A stretch of 64,000 nucleotides of DNA from Octopus vulgaris. Taxonomy: Eukaryota. This document shows, piece after piece, positions 12,936 through 27,096 of this stretch (within the stretch, counting starts at the first letter, position 1; every line of letters starts with the position of its first letter). The translations under genes were made by a program, and so were the position numbers. The stretch is taken from contig OX597816.1 in the NCBI GenBank assembly GCA_951406725.2, forward strand, positions 95,604,001 through 95,668,000, in the 5' to 3' direction. Below the pieces are notes generated by a model that ran no database searches, was not told where the DNA came from, and was given only the letters and a program-made list of their open reading frames with translations.

Positions 12936-14576
12936 ACATTGCATTGGCCTTCTGACAAATTTTTGAAAGCTTTATAAATATTTGTGCATTAAGTATAAAA
13001 TTGTGTATTTACACATACTTTTTGCATATACATATGGATAATTTATATATGGTTTATATAAATGCACATTATTTGATATATTTAATATTAAAATACATAA
13101 ATTCATATAAATTTACCAAGTGCTTACTCACAAAGCATTTGATTATTTGCTCAGAATGCTAATTTGTTTTAACTTGTAGTGCGCCCTTTGTAATCCTCCT
13201 AAATAGCTTACGCATTATTTTTAATAAATGCCATCACTGAATACTCATTAAAGGAAATGATTTACAACAAAATATTTGATGCCATTCAGTGCAATTCGCT
13301 AATAAACTGACATTAAGCAGTAATAGTGTGACTGTAGAACAATTATATGGAAGAACTTTGTTGCGGATTTCTTTAGATTTCTTGTTCATAGTCAAGCATA
13401 TACAGAAGTTTTATGCAGCCATTTTACCTGCTGGAAACTATATATACCTTGTCTACTCATCTCTTGCAGGGTATTTGAAAAATAATGCTTTGCATATTAT
13501 ATGTTGTAATTATAATATGTTTTTCATTCCTGCACACATATATTATTTACTTTAATTTAGTGATTGACACTAATTTTCGTAGTACTTATAATTTTTATAA
13601 GATCTCAGAGTTGTTTCTCTTACTTAACAGTATCAGATAGATATAAATTCAGTCATTGAGCTAATGTTTACATTTCCTTACTTTTTCCCAGCCAATGAAA
13701 TAGATGATGACCTTAACAAAATCAGTACCACCTTTCACATTTCTTATATAATTAGGCAATGTTGATATATTAATCGTTACTGCATGCCCCAAAGTGGAAG
13801 TACGATTGAAGCAACTTAATATTTAAATTTGTCTTATGCTATACGGATATCATTTATTGACAAGATTCGGCTTGAGAAAGGTAACTTCTTCAAATATGAT
13901 CTGCCACTGCGTTACAACTCTTTATAAGAGAGAAGTATTTATGATCCTGTATATGCAGTGAGCCTCAGTTAATTTTGTTGGTTTACGTGTTATATCATTT
14001 TTCATGTTGGGAATATTGCTTGAATTCAGATTTATTAAACAGTATTTGTTCTTTATTCCCCACGTCAGCAGAGATTAAGGAGAACTATGATCAAAGCATT
14101 GCAGCTGTAACCTTCCCTTCTTTCTGGGATTATATCTAGAACTACATTATCAAATAGTTTATGTCTTATTTAAGACGGCGGGTGTGTGATTTGAGTGAGA
14201 GCGAAGTTTCAGACGGCTTCAGTTCAATAAAAGCAATCGGTATCGATTTGGTTGAAGAGAATTCTGCTCCATATATGTTCACTTATCTATTCATTTTATT
14301 CTTTCAATTAGGCAGGGATGATGGATAATATGTAAAGTGACGCTGGAGAGTCATCTACCACAAACCCATTTTTCATTTTAACATTTACTCTAAAGTTTCT
14401 AGCCCTAACAGATAAGTAATTATCCACTCTACCACAATGAAAGCTATTCAATATGAACAAAGGAGAAGGGAATTAGTGCCGTACTCCAAATACAAAAGTT
14501 CTGCAATATATAAGGCAAAACATGTAACTTTGGTTAATCCCATATGCAGAAAATAAATTGTATGCATGTATGTTTG

Positions 14577-17400
14577 TAATTATTCAGCTTATTTCAAAAT
14601 TTCTTGCCTATAGAGAAAGAACCGGTTTCTAACTTAGATCCAAAGTTCCTTCATTGGAATTTCAACATCAACAACAAGGTATGTATGTATGTATGTATGT
14701 ATGTATGTATGTATTTATGAATATATGTGCATATTCATATGTTTTATGTATGTATTCTCATGTATATATTTACATATCTAAACATGCTCAGATATATTTA
14801 AGTGATAAACTTCTCGGAAGTTTTACAGACTTTTACAGTTCCAGTGATGGATTGGATCTGTACTCTGCAAATTAACGTTTTCCTTTCTGGTTTTGAGAAG
14901 CCTAATTTCTCAAGATTAGAATTTAAGCAGTGTGTTGCATATCCCAGGACCCCAATAATTATAGGAATAAACCTGAACTTGTAATATTGATAGTGTAACT
15001 GAAGATTTCTCAATAGTTCAGCATAGGTGTTCTCTTTTTCACTGATCTTCAGCTTTATACTAACATCCGCTGGGCAGCTAATTTCCACAACTCTGCACAG
15101 TTTCTTTTCTCAATCCAAAATCATTATATCAGATCTGTTGTGCTTACATTTTATTGAGGTCTTCACTAGTAATTTCCACCAGCATTCCCTTTTATCCTTC
15201 CCATATTGTGGCTATTTATTTCTTTGTTCTCGGGATTATCCTCCCGCCGGATTTCATTATAGAGTGTGCTAGCTACAACGTCATGTCTCATCGGTAGATG
15301 ACATTTTCGGACAACTGCTTATGTGCGTGATATCTTCAGTGGGAATTCCACAAAGTCTGCATCGGTTGTCACATTTTACGGCTTTTCCTGCATCTCTATC
15401 CCTTTTGTGCATCAGGTACTTGGTTGATATTTCCTGTTCCCGGATTGCAAAGTGGGAGGTAGTAATCTGGCTGTTGCTCCATTATAAACTTCTTTGATGA
15501 TCTATGTTACTTTTATCACGGAGCTTTCTACTAACATATCCATGCCTAGTCTACTTCTCATATAGGCTCATCCTTTCATCTGCTGATATGTTGCAGTAGA
15601 GTCGTGCGACTTCTTTGGGTATGTATTCTAGGTTATGAGACAAAGAGTGTTACTCAAGGAGCTGCATTTCAAGTCTTATGATACTATCAACCTCATGTAT
15701 GCACACTTGGTCAAGAGATACACTTCGACGCTTGTTGGTTAAAAGATGTTGCCGAAGGGTTATGATGCGACGTTCAAAGGCATCGATGTAAAACCTCTTC
15801 CGCCTTGTTTACGTTTTAGCTAGAGACTGTCTACGTTGCTGTTTATGTGGAAATTATGTGTGCTTGTTAGTATTTTTCAGGTTTTCACATCAATGGTTCG
15901 GATTTCATCAAGCACCTAATCAAGCAGCCCAAATACTGGTATAAGTACTGGAACTATTGTGGGCCACTGTTTTATTGAATACAGAGAGTTCTAAGGTTCA
16001 AATTTTCTTTATTCGATGTAATATTCTTTAGTGACACGTGTTTTGTTACAGGTATCATTGTAAGATATATTTTCATCCACCCCTAGATACCTGTAACATT
16101 CCTCGTCAGATACAGGGAAAACAGTCAAGTCATTGATGGAGATGTTACTAGTCTGGTTGATAGTTTTCCCCCTTTTCACAACCATATAACAACATTTATC
16201 CTAACCAAACTCCAACCTACATCCCTTGAGAATGTTTGTAACTACGTCAAGGCTCTTTTTCATCTCATGCATATCCTCTGCATAAAGTTTTAAGTCATCC
16301 ACAAAGAAACAGCCTGTAATTTTGGTATTTCTGTTTCCTTGTGAACCAGTGAGAATACTTTCAGACTTCCTTAACATGAATGACAAGGGGTTTACAGAAA
16401 GTATAAACAACCTCACAGAAAGGCTCCATCCTTGGAATATACCTTTGCGATATTGCATTCTATCGGTGATAATAGTCATTCTGTGTGTTTAATTTTAAGA
16501 TAGTGGCCTACGATGAAGTCAGGTCAGCTATGGCTTTGACTATTCTCACTGGAACTTCAGCAGGTTGGATGACTTCTTGCAGCCATGAGTGAGGATTTCT
16601 TGTAATCTAGCGACATTGAAACTAAGTTCCTCTTATGCTGTTGCACCTCTGACATCACAGTTTTGTTGATTAACAATTGCTCGGCACACTCCCAGACTCC
16701 ATTCTTCCCAGCTGCTTGTTCTCCTGGTTTCACAATGGTCTTGAGGGAAGAAGTTTAAACATGCTGTGTATCGTATACATTAAGATCTGGCATGCAACTG
16801 GCCGGTAGTTTTTTACCATGTGATTCTGCATTAGGGGATCAATTTTGCCTCTGCCAGAGCTAACCAGTGTAGTATGCTATAATGAAAGCTTGCTGGTACA
16901 GATTGATAAGATATGGTCGGTAGAATGTTAACTTCTTGTACCATTATCCAACAATTAACTCTCTCCCAGGTGCCTTTCCATCCTGGAGTTTGTGGATCAC
17001 AGTTGCAAGTTTCACCATCAATGTTGCATGTCTTGGATGCAACAGAGGTGCAATAACTATTTCGGATTTCTTCCAGCCACAGAGCATCTCGGTTAAATTC
17101 ATTCTCTTCACTCTAGATTTTCCTCCAGAAGGAATCTATGTCTTCTCGTGAAGGAGCTTCCGTGATAATTATTGCTCCACCTCTCATGTCTCTGGCTGAC
17201 TGCGTTTAAATTTTTCGTGTATGGTTCTTCTCTCGTGTATTCTCTTCTGATATCGGAGTTTTTCACTGAGAGCTCTTAACTCCTGCTTCAAGGTGATCAG
17301 TTTGCAAGTGAATGTCCCGTTTTGCTGTCTCCAAATATAATTCCTATCTCCTTCTTTACTTTCTGTTGGTGGGACGTATAGTGATTTGCTTGTTTGTATG
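14577..17400 (-). mobile_element. Decayed R4/Dong-clade RLE non-LTR retrotransposon (RT + CCHC + restriction-like endonuclease)
   Basis: ORF 16201-16479 has RKGIFQGWSLS...NPLS...FFVDDLKLY (RT motifs B and C). 15300-15400 encodes a C..C...H....C knuckle. ORF 14798-15088 has EISCPAD...EKENTY...IPIIIGVLG (RLE). Multiple frameshifts. Confidence 0.85.
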
Positions 17401-17470
17401 CAATATGCATCATTACATGACTGATGGTCTTCCGTAAATCATGTATGTATGTATTTATGCATGTATCTCT

Positions 17471-17514
<44 letters not shown>

Positions 17515-18407
17515 ACTATATATATGCATGTGTTTGTGTGTGTATACATACTCCCTCGAATAAGCATACTACACGATACAGACACGCTCACGCGCACACA
17601 CAAAACACATACACATAGTTCGTAAATAATTATATACACATAATACTCGATAATATAAATGAAGAATATTCCTTATACATCGAATACATAAGTTTCTAAC
17701 ATCTGTCGTACCCTCGTCAACGAGCAAATTGATATAACCTATAGAGCAAGTCTATTAATATATGCACCTTGGCTTGTTCCGTGATGTCGATAAAAAATGG
17801 GCGATATATCACATTCAGAGACTATTCCTATTCATCGGCGAATAATTTATAAGTGAAGAAGCTCGAATATGTCATATATGGGCAATAATCATGAAAGTCC
17901 TTTCCTGATACCTCACCTAATATACGTTTACTTTGCTCAATCCGTTAAAAGAAGGTTCTCATAAATAAAAAGGTAGCGTAGTTCGAATATTTTTAAAACA
18001 AGTCTTTTCCTAGCCATTAGTGACGTAGAACAGCAAAATCCGTGCATAGACTAAGTTGCTTTCCCTCACTGGTGAAAATATTCCAGCTGTCATATACATA
18101 AGCTTTTGTAGCAAAATTGTTTTATATTTTAACATTCGCGTGTTAATAAACTGCATTATTATTGTTATCATGACTTCTCTTCATTCAGGTATATACTTAT
18201 TATAATGTGATTATATTAGGAGAAATATTGAGAAATACGTATACTCATGTAGAAAGACAGATGGGATATGAAAGTGGAGAGAATGTATTGGCTTTTTAGA
18301 TTACCACTTATATATACCTGTGCGTTTGCCTGCATGGGCATGAGACTATATGCCCATTTAATATTTTTTTTTTATGTATATGCATAAAAAATATATCTAT
18401 GTATGTC

Positions 18408-18500
18408 ATTATTCAGTTTTATTTCAAAATTTCTTGCCAATAAATAAAGAGCCGGTTTCTAACCTAGATCCTTTGGAATTTTAACATCAACAAGGTATTT
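18408..18500 (-). mobile_element. Solo 3' UTR fragment of the R4-clade element at 14.6 kb
   Basis: TTATTCAG.TT(T)ATTTCAAAATTTCTTGCC...CCGGTTTCTAAC.TAGATCC...TTGGAATTT.AACATCAACAA matches 14580-14680. Confidence 0.8.
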
Positions 18501-20297
18501 TTGTATATATATATATATAATATATATATGTATATATGAAGATTTATGTTTTGTTTTATGTATGTATTTTCATGCATATAGTTTCATATATATGTTTGTA
18601 TGTATGTATTTATGCATGCATGTATGTATGCATGTATGTGTGTATGTATGTTTCTGTGTATATATATATTATATAGGAGTGTATGTGTATGAGAGTGTAT
18701 ATATATGTGTGTATGTTTGAATGTACGGAGGTATTCATACTTTTATTTTCTATACGAGGACAACTGTATATTATTAAATCTACAAGACTTCTATTGAGAT
18801 ATCATACACAAACATACGCATATACATATATAATGTCTCATTTATGCTGTGTGTGTGTATGTGTGTGTGTGTCTGTGTGTGCATATAAATATATACACAC
18901 TGACAAAGACAGAGACAGAAAGGGGGATGAGACAGATTGATAGAAATAGATAGATATTGGATTTTATTAATTTGTCATAAATCGCAACTCACTGGACCAT
19001 ATTTCATTTAATCTCTTAAATAAATTAATATAATAAACATGTGGCTTATTAATCTTTTTATGTTAAAATGTCATGGTAAACTGTGCATCTGCAGAACATT
19101 TGATTCGAATGTTTTCTTGTATCTCCGTTGAATACTTGCTATTTTAATGTCGTTTTATTGAACATATAACCCATGCATATTAGCTTTAGTTCAATGTTCC
19201 ATCGTTCTCGACGATGAATATTGCAGTTCTTATTTAATGGAAATAGCTCTTTCTTGGATTACAATGTTTTAAGCGCCTGGCTATTCCACAAACACTGGAC
19301 GAAATTTTCAGAATCATTCTGTGTGACACTGTTGAGGTTGATCCTTTATTCTGTTGTCACCGTTTAGCCCCAATGCAGCTCTAATTGATCAAAGATATGA
19401 AGTGCTTCCTATATTCTTTTCTCAGCAATGTTGTATTTAAAGACGGCACCTCGTGTGTACTTTTTAAGATGGCTGAGTATAGTTTGAAGGAAATTTTGGT
19501 TGCTATTTCTAGCAGATTGCGTGACCACATTGATACTCCCAGTTAGGCAAAGCTCTGCCTTTGAATTAGAAGAAAAGTATGTCATACAGGCTGCTACATA
19601 ATTTTCACCTTTTCAAATTCAACCATAAACCTTGCATTGACTGAATGCTGTCATGGAAGGCACTTACCAAAGAGCGGCATGGTGGGAGACAACCAAAGGC
19701 ATTATCATAGTAAGCGAAATTCTTATCTCCTTATCAAATATACATGTGTGTATATATGCATGCATACATTAGGCAAATATGCTTAGACAGCACACACTAA
19801 AGTTTATCGTTCTATATTAGCAGAGGTTAGAGGGCTTAACAGTTTAGAAACTGAACAATTAACAAATACTGCTGAGTCAAATCTAGCTGCGACAGACATC
19901 GCTAATTATAATTATTAAAAAGACCTTAATATTCATTCTATATACTGGAGTACTAGAATTGCTTTTGTAATCATTTGTCTAAATTTATTTGTTTAATATT
20001 TACTTATGCTTTTAAAAAGAACATTTAAATATCATTATTGCAACAACGGAAATGGTGATTCGAATACACTTATACACATTTATTACAAAAACATTTGTAA
20101 TTAAAAATCCAGGTTTTTCTTTTGTTTTATCGTCACGTCTCGCGTATAAAAACGTTTACCAGAATATATCGTAGACAAGTGTCAACTGTTTTTATTGACT
20201 CTTATATTAGATTTCGCTTAGAGGATAATCTTTAATTGCCAGTGCAATTAATTTAATATCTAAAGAGAAGCAAACGTAAAAAGCGAACAATGATAAC

Positions 20298-20340
<43 letters not shown>

Positions 20341-20399
20341 AAGATTCGTGGATGAGGTTCTGTAATCTAGTATCAAGTTGAAAGTAAATATTTGCTAGA

Positions 20400-20780
20400 C
20401 ACTAATGGTGCTTACCTTTCCTGGAGTTTGTGGAGAGGAAACATCTTAAGAAATTAGAAATAACTCTGAGATCTGTTAGGTAAAGCCTGTTAGTAAAATA
20501 AATACAAGTATCATCCGCGTTACGGAGGTATTGCATTACTGAATATCTTGCCATGATGAAGAATTCCGTAATTGAAAACACCTTCTTCCCACGGCTTCCG
20601 TGTTTATTGACTATCATGTAACAAGGCAGTCAATAGGAAAAGGTTTCATTTTGCCGAATTCCAAATACTGGTAACATATTTACGAATGTAACGCTTTCAT
20701 AACGTGAGGTCATCCTGTTTGATCAATATTGACTTAGATGCTGGGTTGTTCATTCTGATTTACTTCGGCAGATACGCTGA
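20400..20780 (-). mobile_element. Old L2/CR1-like RT remnant
   Basis: ORF 20402-20617 contains NADDTCIYF (YADD-type motif C); upstream is a decayed ..FGIR.. segment. Confidence 0.45.
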
Positions 20781-21431
20781 ATATTATGTTTCGGTGTGGA
20801 GATCAGAAGAGAGAACGTAAAAAGTTTGTAGTTACCTTCTATACCTGTCGAAATATCGAAAATAATATTAGTTAAAAGAAAAACATTGATTTTCCTCCCT
20901 CATCACATATTTATTTTCAGTTAGCTCTCTAATGGTACATACGTTGAATATGTTAACACTAACTGAACTCTGTGTAAATCTCGGTTGACTATCTATTTTT
21001 CAGATGGACGGTTCATATTCCGTAGAGTGTGACGCGTGAAGTAGACCCCATTGCCAATATTACCATAGGAAATATATAGTTTACCAGTGTAAGCCACTGG
21101 TGTCATATATATACATACATATATATATGTATGTGTGTGTGTGTTCGTGCATGTTTGTGTATGTAGGTGAAAAATACGATATGGATTCAGAGAAGCGTGC
21201 AGCAGTTGCCAGAAAGCCCCTTCTGCAGATTAGGTTATCAATCTATATAGAAATCAATTACAAAGCAGTGTTATGCAACATTTCCACGTTGCTGTACATC
21301 CCCAAAATTCGAGCGATGAAATTATTAGCACAAATTCAAGAGGTATGAGGGGTGCACGATTAAGGAAATCCATATACACCTCCCATATCCCCTGACTTTA
21401 TGTCATATAAATATATATATATGTAATATAT

Positions 21432-21463
<32 letters not shown>

Positions 21464-21516
21464 TTATTTATTTATTTATATATACATATACATATATAAA
21501 TACATGTATGTATTCC

Positions 21517-21726
21517 CCGGTGGAATTTGAACTCAGAAGGTAGATACAGACGAAATGCATGTAAGTATTACGACTTTCTTTACTTTTTGAGTTCAAATTT
21601 CGCCGATGTCGACTTCGCCTTTCATCCTTTCGGGGTCGATAAATTAAGTTCCATTGCGTAATGGGGCCGATTTAATCGATTGGCCCCCTCCCGCAAAATT
21701 TAGGGTCTTGTTTCTAGTGTAGAAAG
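21517..21726 (+). mobile_element. SINE family B with inverted 5' portion
   Basis: GAGTTCAAATTTCGCCG...GCCTTTCATCCTTTCGGGGTCGATAAA on plus, preceded by inverted head CGGTGGAATTTGAACTCAGAA. Confidence 0.7.
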
Positions 21727-23157
21727 TAATAAATATATTTATATTTTTCCTTTACGGTTTAATATTGCAACAAGCTGATTTTCATTAATTTGTGTGTGTG
21801 TGTGTGTGTGTGTGCATATATATATAATTATATATATATATAGACACACGCAAACATTAATAAAAATCCTCTCCTTGTTATTTAACAGAGTGACTAAGAA
21901 TATAGGAGAAGAGTAGATAAAACATTATGACGATCTTATACTTTTCAAGGACATTAACAGTGAAAATGAACTTTAAACAGGAAACAAAGCAAGTCAGATT
22001 TATTCCGCTGGCAGCTTCTATGCTAAAGAAAAACGGGATTATCGGGGAATTATATTGATTATAGATATGCTAAACTACTACTACTACTCATGACCAACAC
22101 TACCCACAACCACCTCCGGCGCACAAAATACTGTTGAAATTGTTCCAAAGAGATCAGTGAAGGAGTTATTGTTTTAAACATTGAATAAGTAACTCCACAA
22201 CATCACGATACCTTCTGATTCTTTTATTTTGCAGTTCTCTCTGACATGATGGTCATTGAATCAAATGTAGAGCCGTGATCTTTATACTTATATCATACCC
22301 GAGGTACACAGGAAGGATGCAAACTCAACACCGAGAGATATTGAAACACACGTCAACTTTATAGTACTGCTTCTGATTATATCGGTAAGTTATATTTTCT
22401 ACTTTGTGGCACTTGCTTAAAACTAGATAGAGTAGGTTAAATGTCTTAACCACAGATAGAGTACAAGTATTACTGCGGGGAACAGGATATGAACTGTTGT
22501 TCTTTCTGCTTGCTATACGATATCCTTTCATCTTGATCATCTTCAAGTTTATCGTTCTTAAAGAAGGTAAATATTTTGCTAATTATCTATGAAGATACCA
22601 GCATTTTCTTTTTTTCATTATTCTGCATATGCTCTCGCAATACATTCGATCATTAGATACTGCAAGTTAAACGCTCATACGTTATATACTGCTCAATTTG
22701 AGTATTCTGACTCACTCGTTTCTTTGCCTTTTCATCTCCTTTCGCCAACCATACTGTATCCAGTATACGGCCACTCGTCTCTCCACCCATACCTTCCTTG
22801 CAAAAATGTCTAACATCTTGAATTTCTTCTCTGCATATATGTGTTTCTCTGTGCAACCGTCGGTTTACAGTTTATCCAAGAGAAACAACCATGACGATAC
22901 TATTGATCTCGGGGTATTTCGAGGGTGATGGGTAATGGGCACCGCCCGTTTTGTAGCATGCATCCAATGAGAAATCCATAAATTAGAGATAGAAACTGAA
23001 TTTTGGCATGGAGCCATTCTTCCATCATATTCTAGTAACTATTGAGAGAAAAATGTTTTTGTTAGCCTCAAAACATTGTAACCGTTGACAGAACTTCAAC
23101 GCTACGTTGGCTCTCTAACTCATTTATCCAGTCCGAACCGAGCACGTATACTTCTAT

Positions 23158-23205
<48 letters not shown>

Positions 23206-23936
23206 AAACTTCCATATATATGTGTACGTATTTACATAAGCATACATATACATACATACACGTATACATATATGTTCGAATGACACTGTTGCTACTACTA
23301 CTACTACTACTACTACTACATCTACTACTACTGCTGCTGCTACAGTTACTGCTTCTGCTTCTACTGCTGCGGCTGCTGCACTACCAACAACACCAGCACC
23401 AACATAAGTGTTCCACTTTGTCATCAACACTGTATGTCACCGGCATCATCTCCTCAATACCGTTTATATAGCAACAACCTATATCGTAATATTAAATACA
23501 ATACTCACCGTAATCATTATACATCTAGTGTCATAATTACAACCAAAGCTACATGCATATATAACAAATATAACACATGAAATATGATTATTCTAATCGG
23601 AATAAAGACATATCGACATATGTCCACATAGCTTGATATTACACGCTGGTCAGTTGGTCACAGATGCTGGATTATGACTAATCTATTGCACTCTACATAC
23701 GTGAAACACTATTCCATACATTTTCATATTTTGGACTGACCTGCTTATATACATACACACATACACACATTTATACACGCATTCGTATAGAAATAGTATA
23801 TGCATATACGTTTGCGTGTGTGTGTTTATATATATATGTACTCATATATGTGTATATAAATATATGTACCAAGATAGATAGGTAAATAGATAGATAGACA
23901 GATAATTAGATAGAGAGATAGATAGATAGATAGATA

Positions 23937-24452
23937 AGTTTCTTTATTGGCCGCACAGGGGCACACAGATGGGACAAATTACAAGGTAGAGCTTTTCTTT
24001 TGGGGGATGAAAAAAACAAAAAACAAAAAACAAAACAAAAAAAAGTGGCGTAGGTTTTCGATCAAAAGGGATCGTAAAAGGGAAAAAAAGAAAAAAAAAA
24101 AGAAAAAAGGAAAGGGAACAAAAGAAAAGAAAAATGAAAAAAGAAGAAAAAAGAGGAAAAAAAGGGGAAGAGGAAAAAACGATCAATAGGTATCGTGTAT
24201 CACAGTGTCATGATGTATTGTGTAAAGGGGAAAGCAGATAAGGTGTATCCGTGGGAAGAAAAGCCTACGAAAAAGACCACGGTAACCTCGGTCAATATTG
24301 TTATATGTTACCACATTTGTTTGCTTGTGGGTAACCCTCTGTTTTCAGTTTCTGGGTTCATAGGATTATGCTCAAGGTGGCTTCGTCATTCATACGTGCC
24401 ATCCTTGCTACATTCACCCATCTTTTTTTAAAGCATTCGCTAGACAAAACTT
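23937..24452 (-). mobile_element. 3' end of a LINE (probably Tx1/L1 clade) inserted in (GATA)n
   Basis: Minus strand ends an ORF (VLSSECFKKRWVNVARMARMNDEATLSIIL*), followed by a T-rich 3' UTR, AATAAA and (TATC)n. Confidence 0.55.
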
Positions 24453-24489
24453 GAAAGATAGATAGATAATTAGACAGATAAATGAAGAG

Positions 24490-24888
<399 letters not shown>

Positions 24889-24931
24889 TGTATATATGTG
24901 TGTACACTATATATGTATATACATATATATA

Positions 24932-25035
24932 TAGTTGGAGTTTACAAAAAAAAAAAAAAAAAAAGAAAAATGAAGACGGGTGTGTAAACAACAAACAGAT
25001 GTATTTATTTAACACTCGGGAAGTGAGAAACTTTG
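24932..25035 (-). repeat. Short dispersed repeat, probable Penelope-type terminal tail (copy on plus at 32380-32487)
   Basis: Reverse complement of 32395-32487 (CACTTCCCGAG.GT.A.A.TAATACATCT.TTTGTTGT...GTCTTC...TTTTGTAAA). Confidence 0.6.
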
Positions 25036-25047
25036 TATGTATGTATG

Positions 25048-25123
<76 letters not shown>

Positions 25124-25129
25124 CGTACA

Positions 25130-25163
<34 letters not shown>

Positions 25164-25238
25164 CATATCTTGCAAACAACTTGCACATGCAAGTGCTACA
25201 AGTTAAAAGCTCCGTTTATCGGAAGCTAGGAAGTGTAT

Positions 25239-25328
25239 GGGGTCATCAGGGGAAAATGCGCGTCGTTTCGGGGCCTACCTCTCGACGGCATCAATGCGCA
25301 CCGGCCCCCCTCACTGATATGAAGCCCC
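25239..25328 (-). ncRNA. Candidate permuted/pseudoknotted hammerhead ribozyme in HERO 3' UTR, copy 1
   Basis: Minus: GGGG-CTTCA TATCAG TGAGG-GGGGCC-GGTGCGC-ATTGAT-GCCG-TC-GAGAG-GTA-GGCCCC-GAAA-CGAC-GCGCATT-TTCCC-CTGATGA-CCCC. Core intact; single mismatches in stems I, III and the inserted hairpin. Confidence 0.55.
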
Positions 25329-27096
25329 GCTTGCTAGATCAGCTGGTTATGAAGAACTCAATATACTTCTAGCCATCGCTCATCGTCTCTTTTTAACCAA
25401 ATCCAGTGGCTAGCCTTCTCCACTGTAGATTGGATATCAGTCATGGTGGTATTGACTTTACGATGAGTTAGGCCTAACGTCGTCTTACGCTGTGTCCTAC
25501 AAACCCTCTACATCCGACTTCGATAGGAAAATGTTCCGCTTTCCAGCCTGCGTCTTCACATTCCTCGAGGAGGTTTTCATAACGGTTTAATTTTCGAGCT
25601 CGAGCGGCGTCCATATTAACTTCGTGAGGAGCCGTTATCTCGACTATATTTACAACTTTCTTTCTTTCACACCACATCAAAATATCAGTTTTTCCGAAAC
25701 TAGGATGGGAAAGAAAACCTGGCACCCAGGTAAATCTGCAGTTACCTCCCAATAGCCGTTCCACTTTTCATTTTTCTCAGGAAGTTTCTTGGTCTTCTTC
25801 TTGAAACGGATCTGCTGACCTGGTCGCACGAAGGTAATGAACTCTCTTGATGGTACTTTTAACGATTTTTTCTGTGTTGTTGAGATGAATTTGGTTCTTT
25901 ATAGCATTGAAGATAACCTTAAGGACCGAGTTGTGCCTCCATGTGTACCTGTTCAATGCTAATGAACAGTTGGAAATAATATGTTTTAGTGTACCGACCT
26001 TTCCACATTTGAAGCTGTCATTCTCTAAGACGTTCCATCTTACTAGATTCGTAGGTGATGGCAAAACATCATAAGATGAACGAATCAGGAAACTCAGCCG
26101 AGATGTCGTCCACTTCCACATCTCATCCCAACTTATCTTCCTCTCCTCTCAACAACATGTTTTTCCCATCTCGTCATCTGACCTTGATGAACACATCGGA
26201 TCAAATGAAGCTCTTTTCTCTCTGCTTCTCTTGTTTTGACGCTGTTGCTAACAACAGATCTGCGTTCACACGGCATCATGCTTGCAAACGGTCTGAACTG
26301 ATCTGCGCCCGAACCAAATTCTTTCCGATGGTTCTGCGTTGCTCCCACCATATCTCTGTGTATAAGAGAAGACAAGATGTTGTCAGTTTCTGCTTCTGCT
26401 TTCCATTTCCTGGCTGTTTTCACCTCTGGTGGGTTACGCCTGATTTCCATATCCTTCGATTCTCTCAGCATCATGACCGTCCGTATCTTTCCCAACTTAT
26501 ATATTTCGACTATTGATGCTATTGGTAACTGCAACGAACCTCTTTTACGATAAAGAGCTGAGCTGTTCAACATACGAGGTAGACCTAGCCACTTTCTAAT
26601 GAACACATTACATTTTTGTTCAATCTTTTCAACTCGTGACAATGCTACTTCGTATATTAAAAGTGGCCATGCAAGTCGCGGGTACAAGCCGAACTGCAAG
26701 CACCAAATTTTATATTTACCTGGTAACTTCGAAACATCAATCGCTGATAACCCAGCCTCGGCCTGTTTCATCATTTCAATCCCACGACTTCTGTCTGACA
26801 ATGTTCCAGCGTGTACTCGTCCCAAGCTCTTGACGGGCTCTTCCTTGACTGTTGGAATGCTTTCTTCAGATATTCGAAATTTAAATTCTTTCTGCACTCC
26901 CTTAACAAATGTCAGACTACGCGACTTTTTTGCTCTAAATCGCATCCTTGACCACCTTACAATCTCAAAAGGGCATTCTGCATGATTTGTTTATCTGTAG
27001 CTAGAAGTGTCACGTCATCCATGAAGGCTTTCTTAGGCGATTGTACATGGGCGATTTGTTCCGAAAAATCTACACCTTTCAAAATCAACTCCATGA

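Noticed and set aside
23944-24189. Lys-rich and Phe-rich ORFs
   Set aside because: Translation of A/T runs in a LINE 3' UTR.
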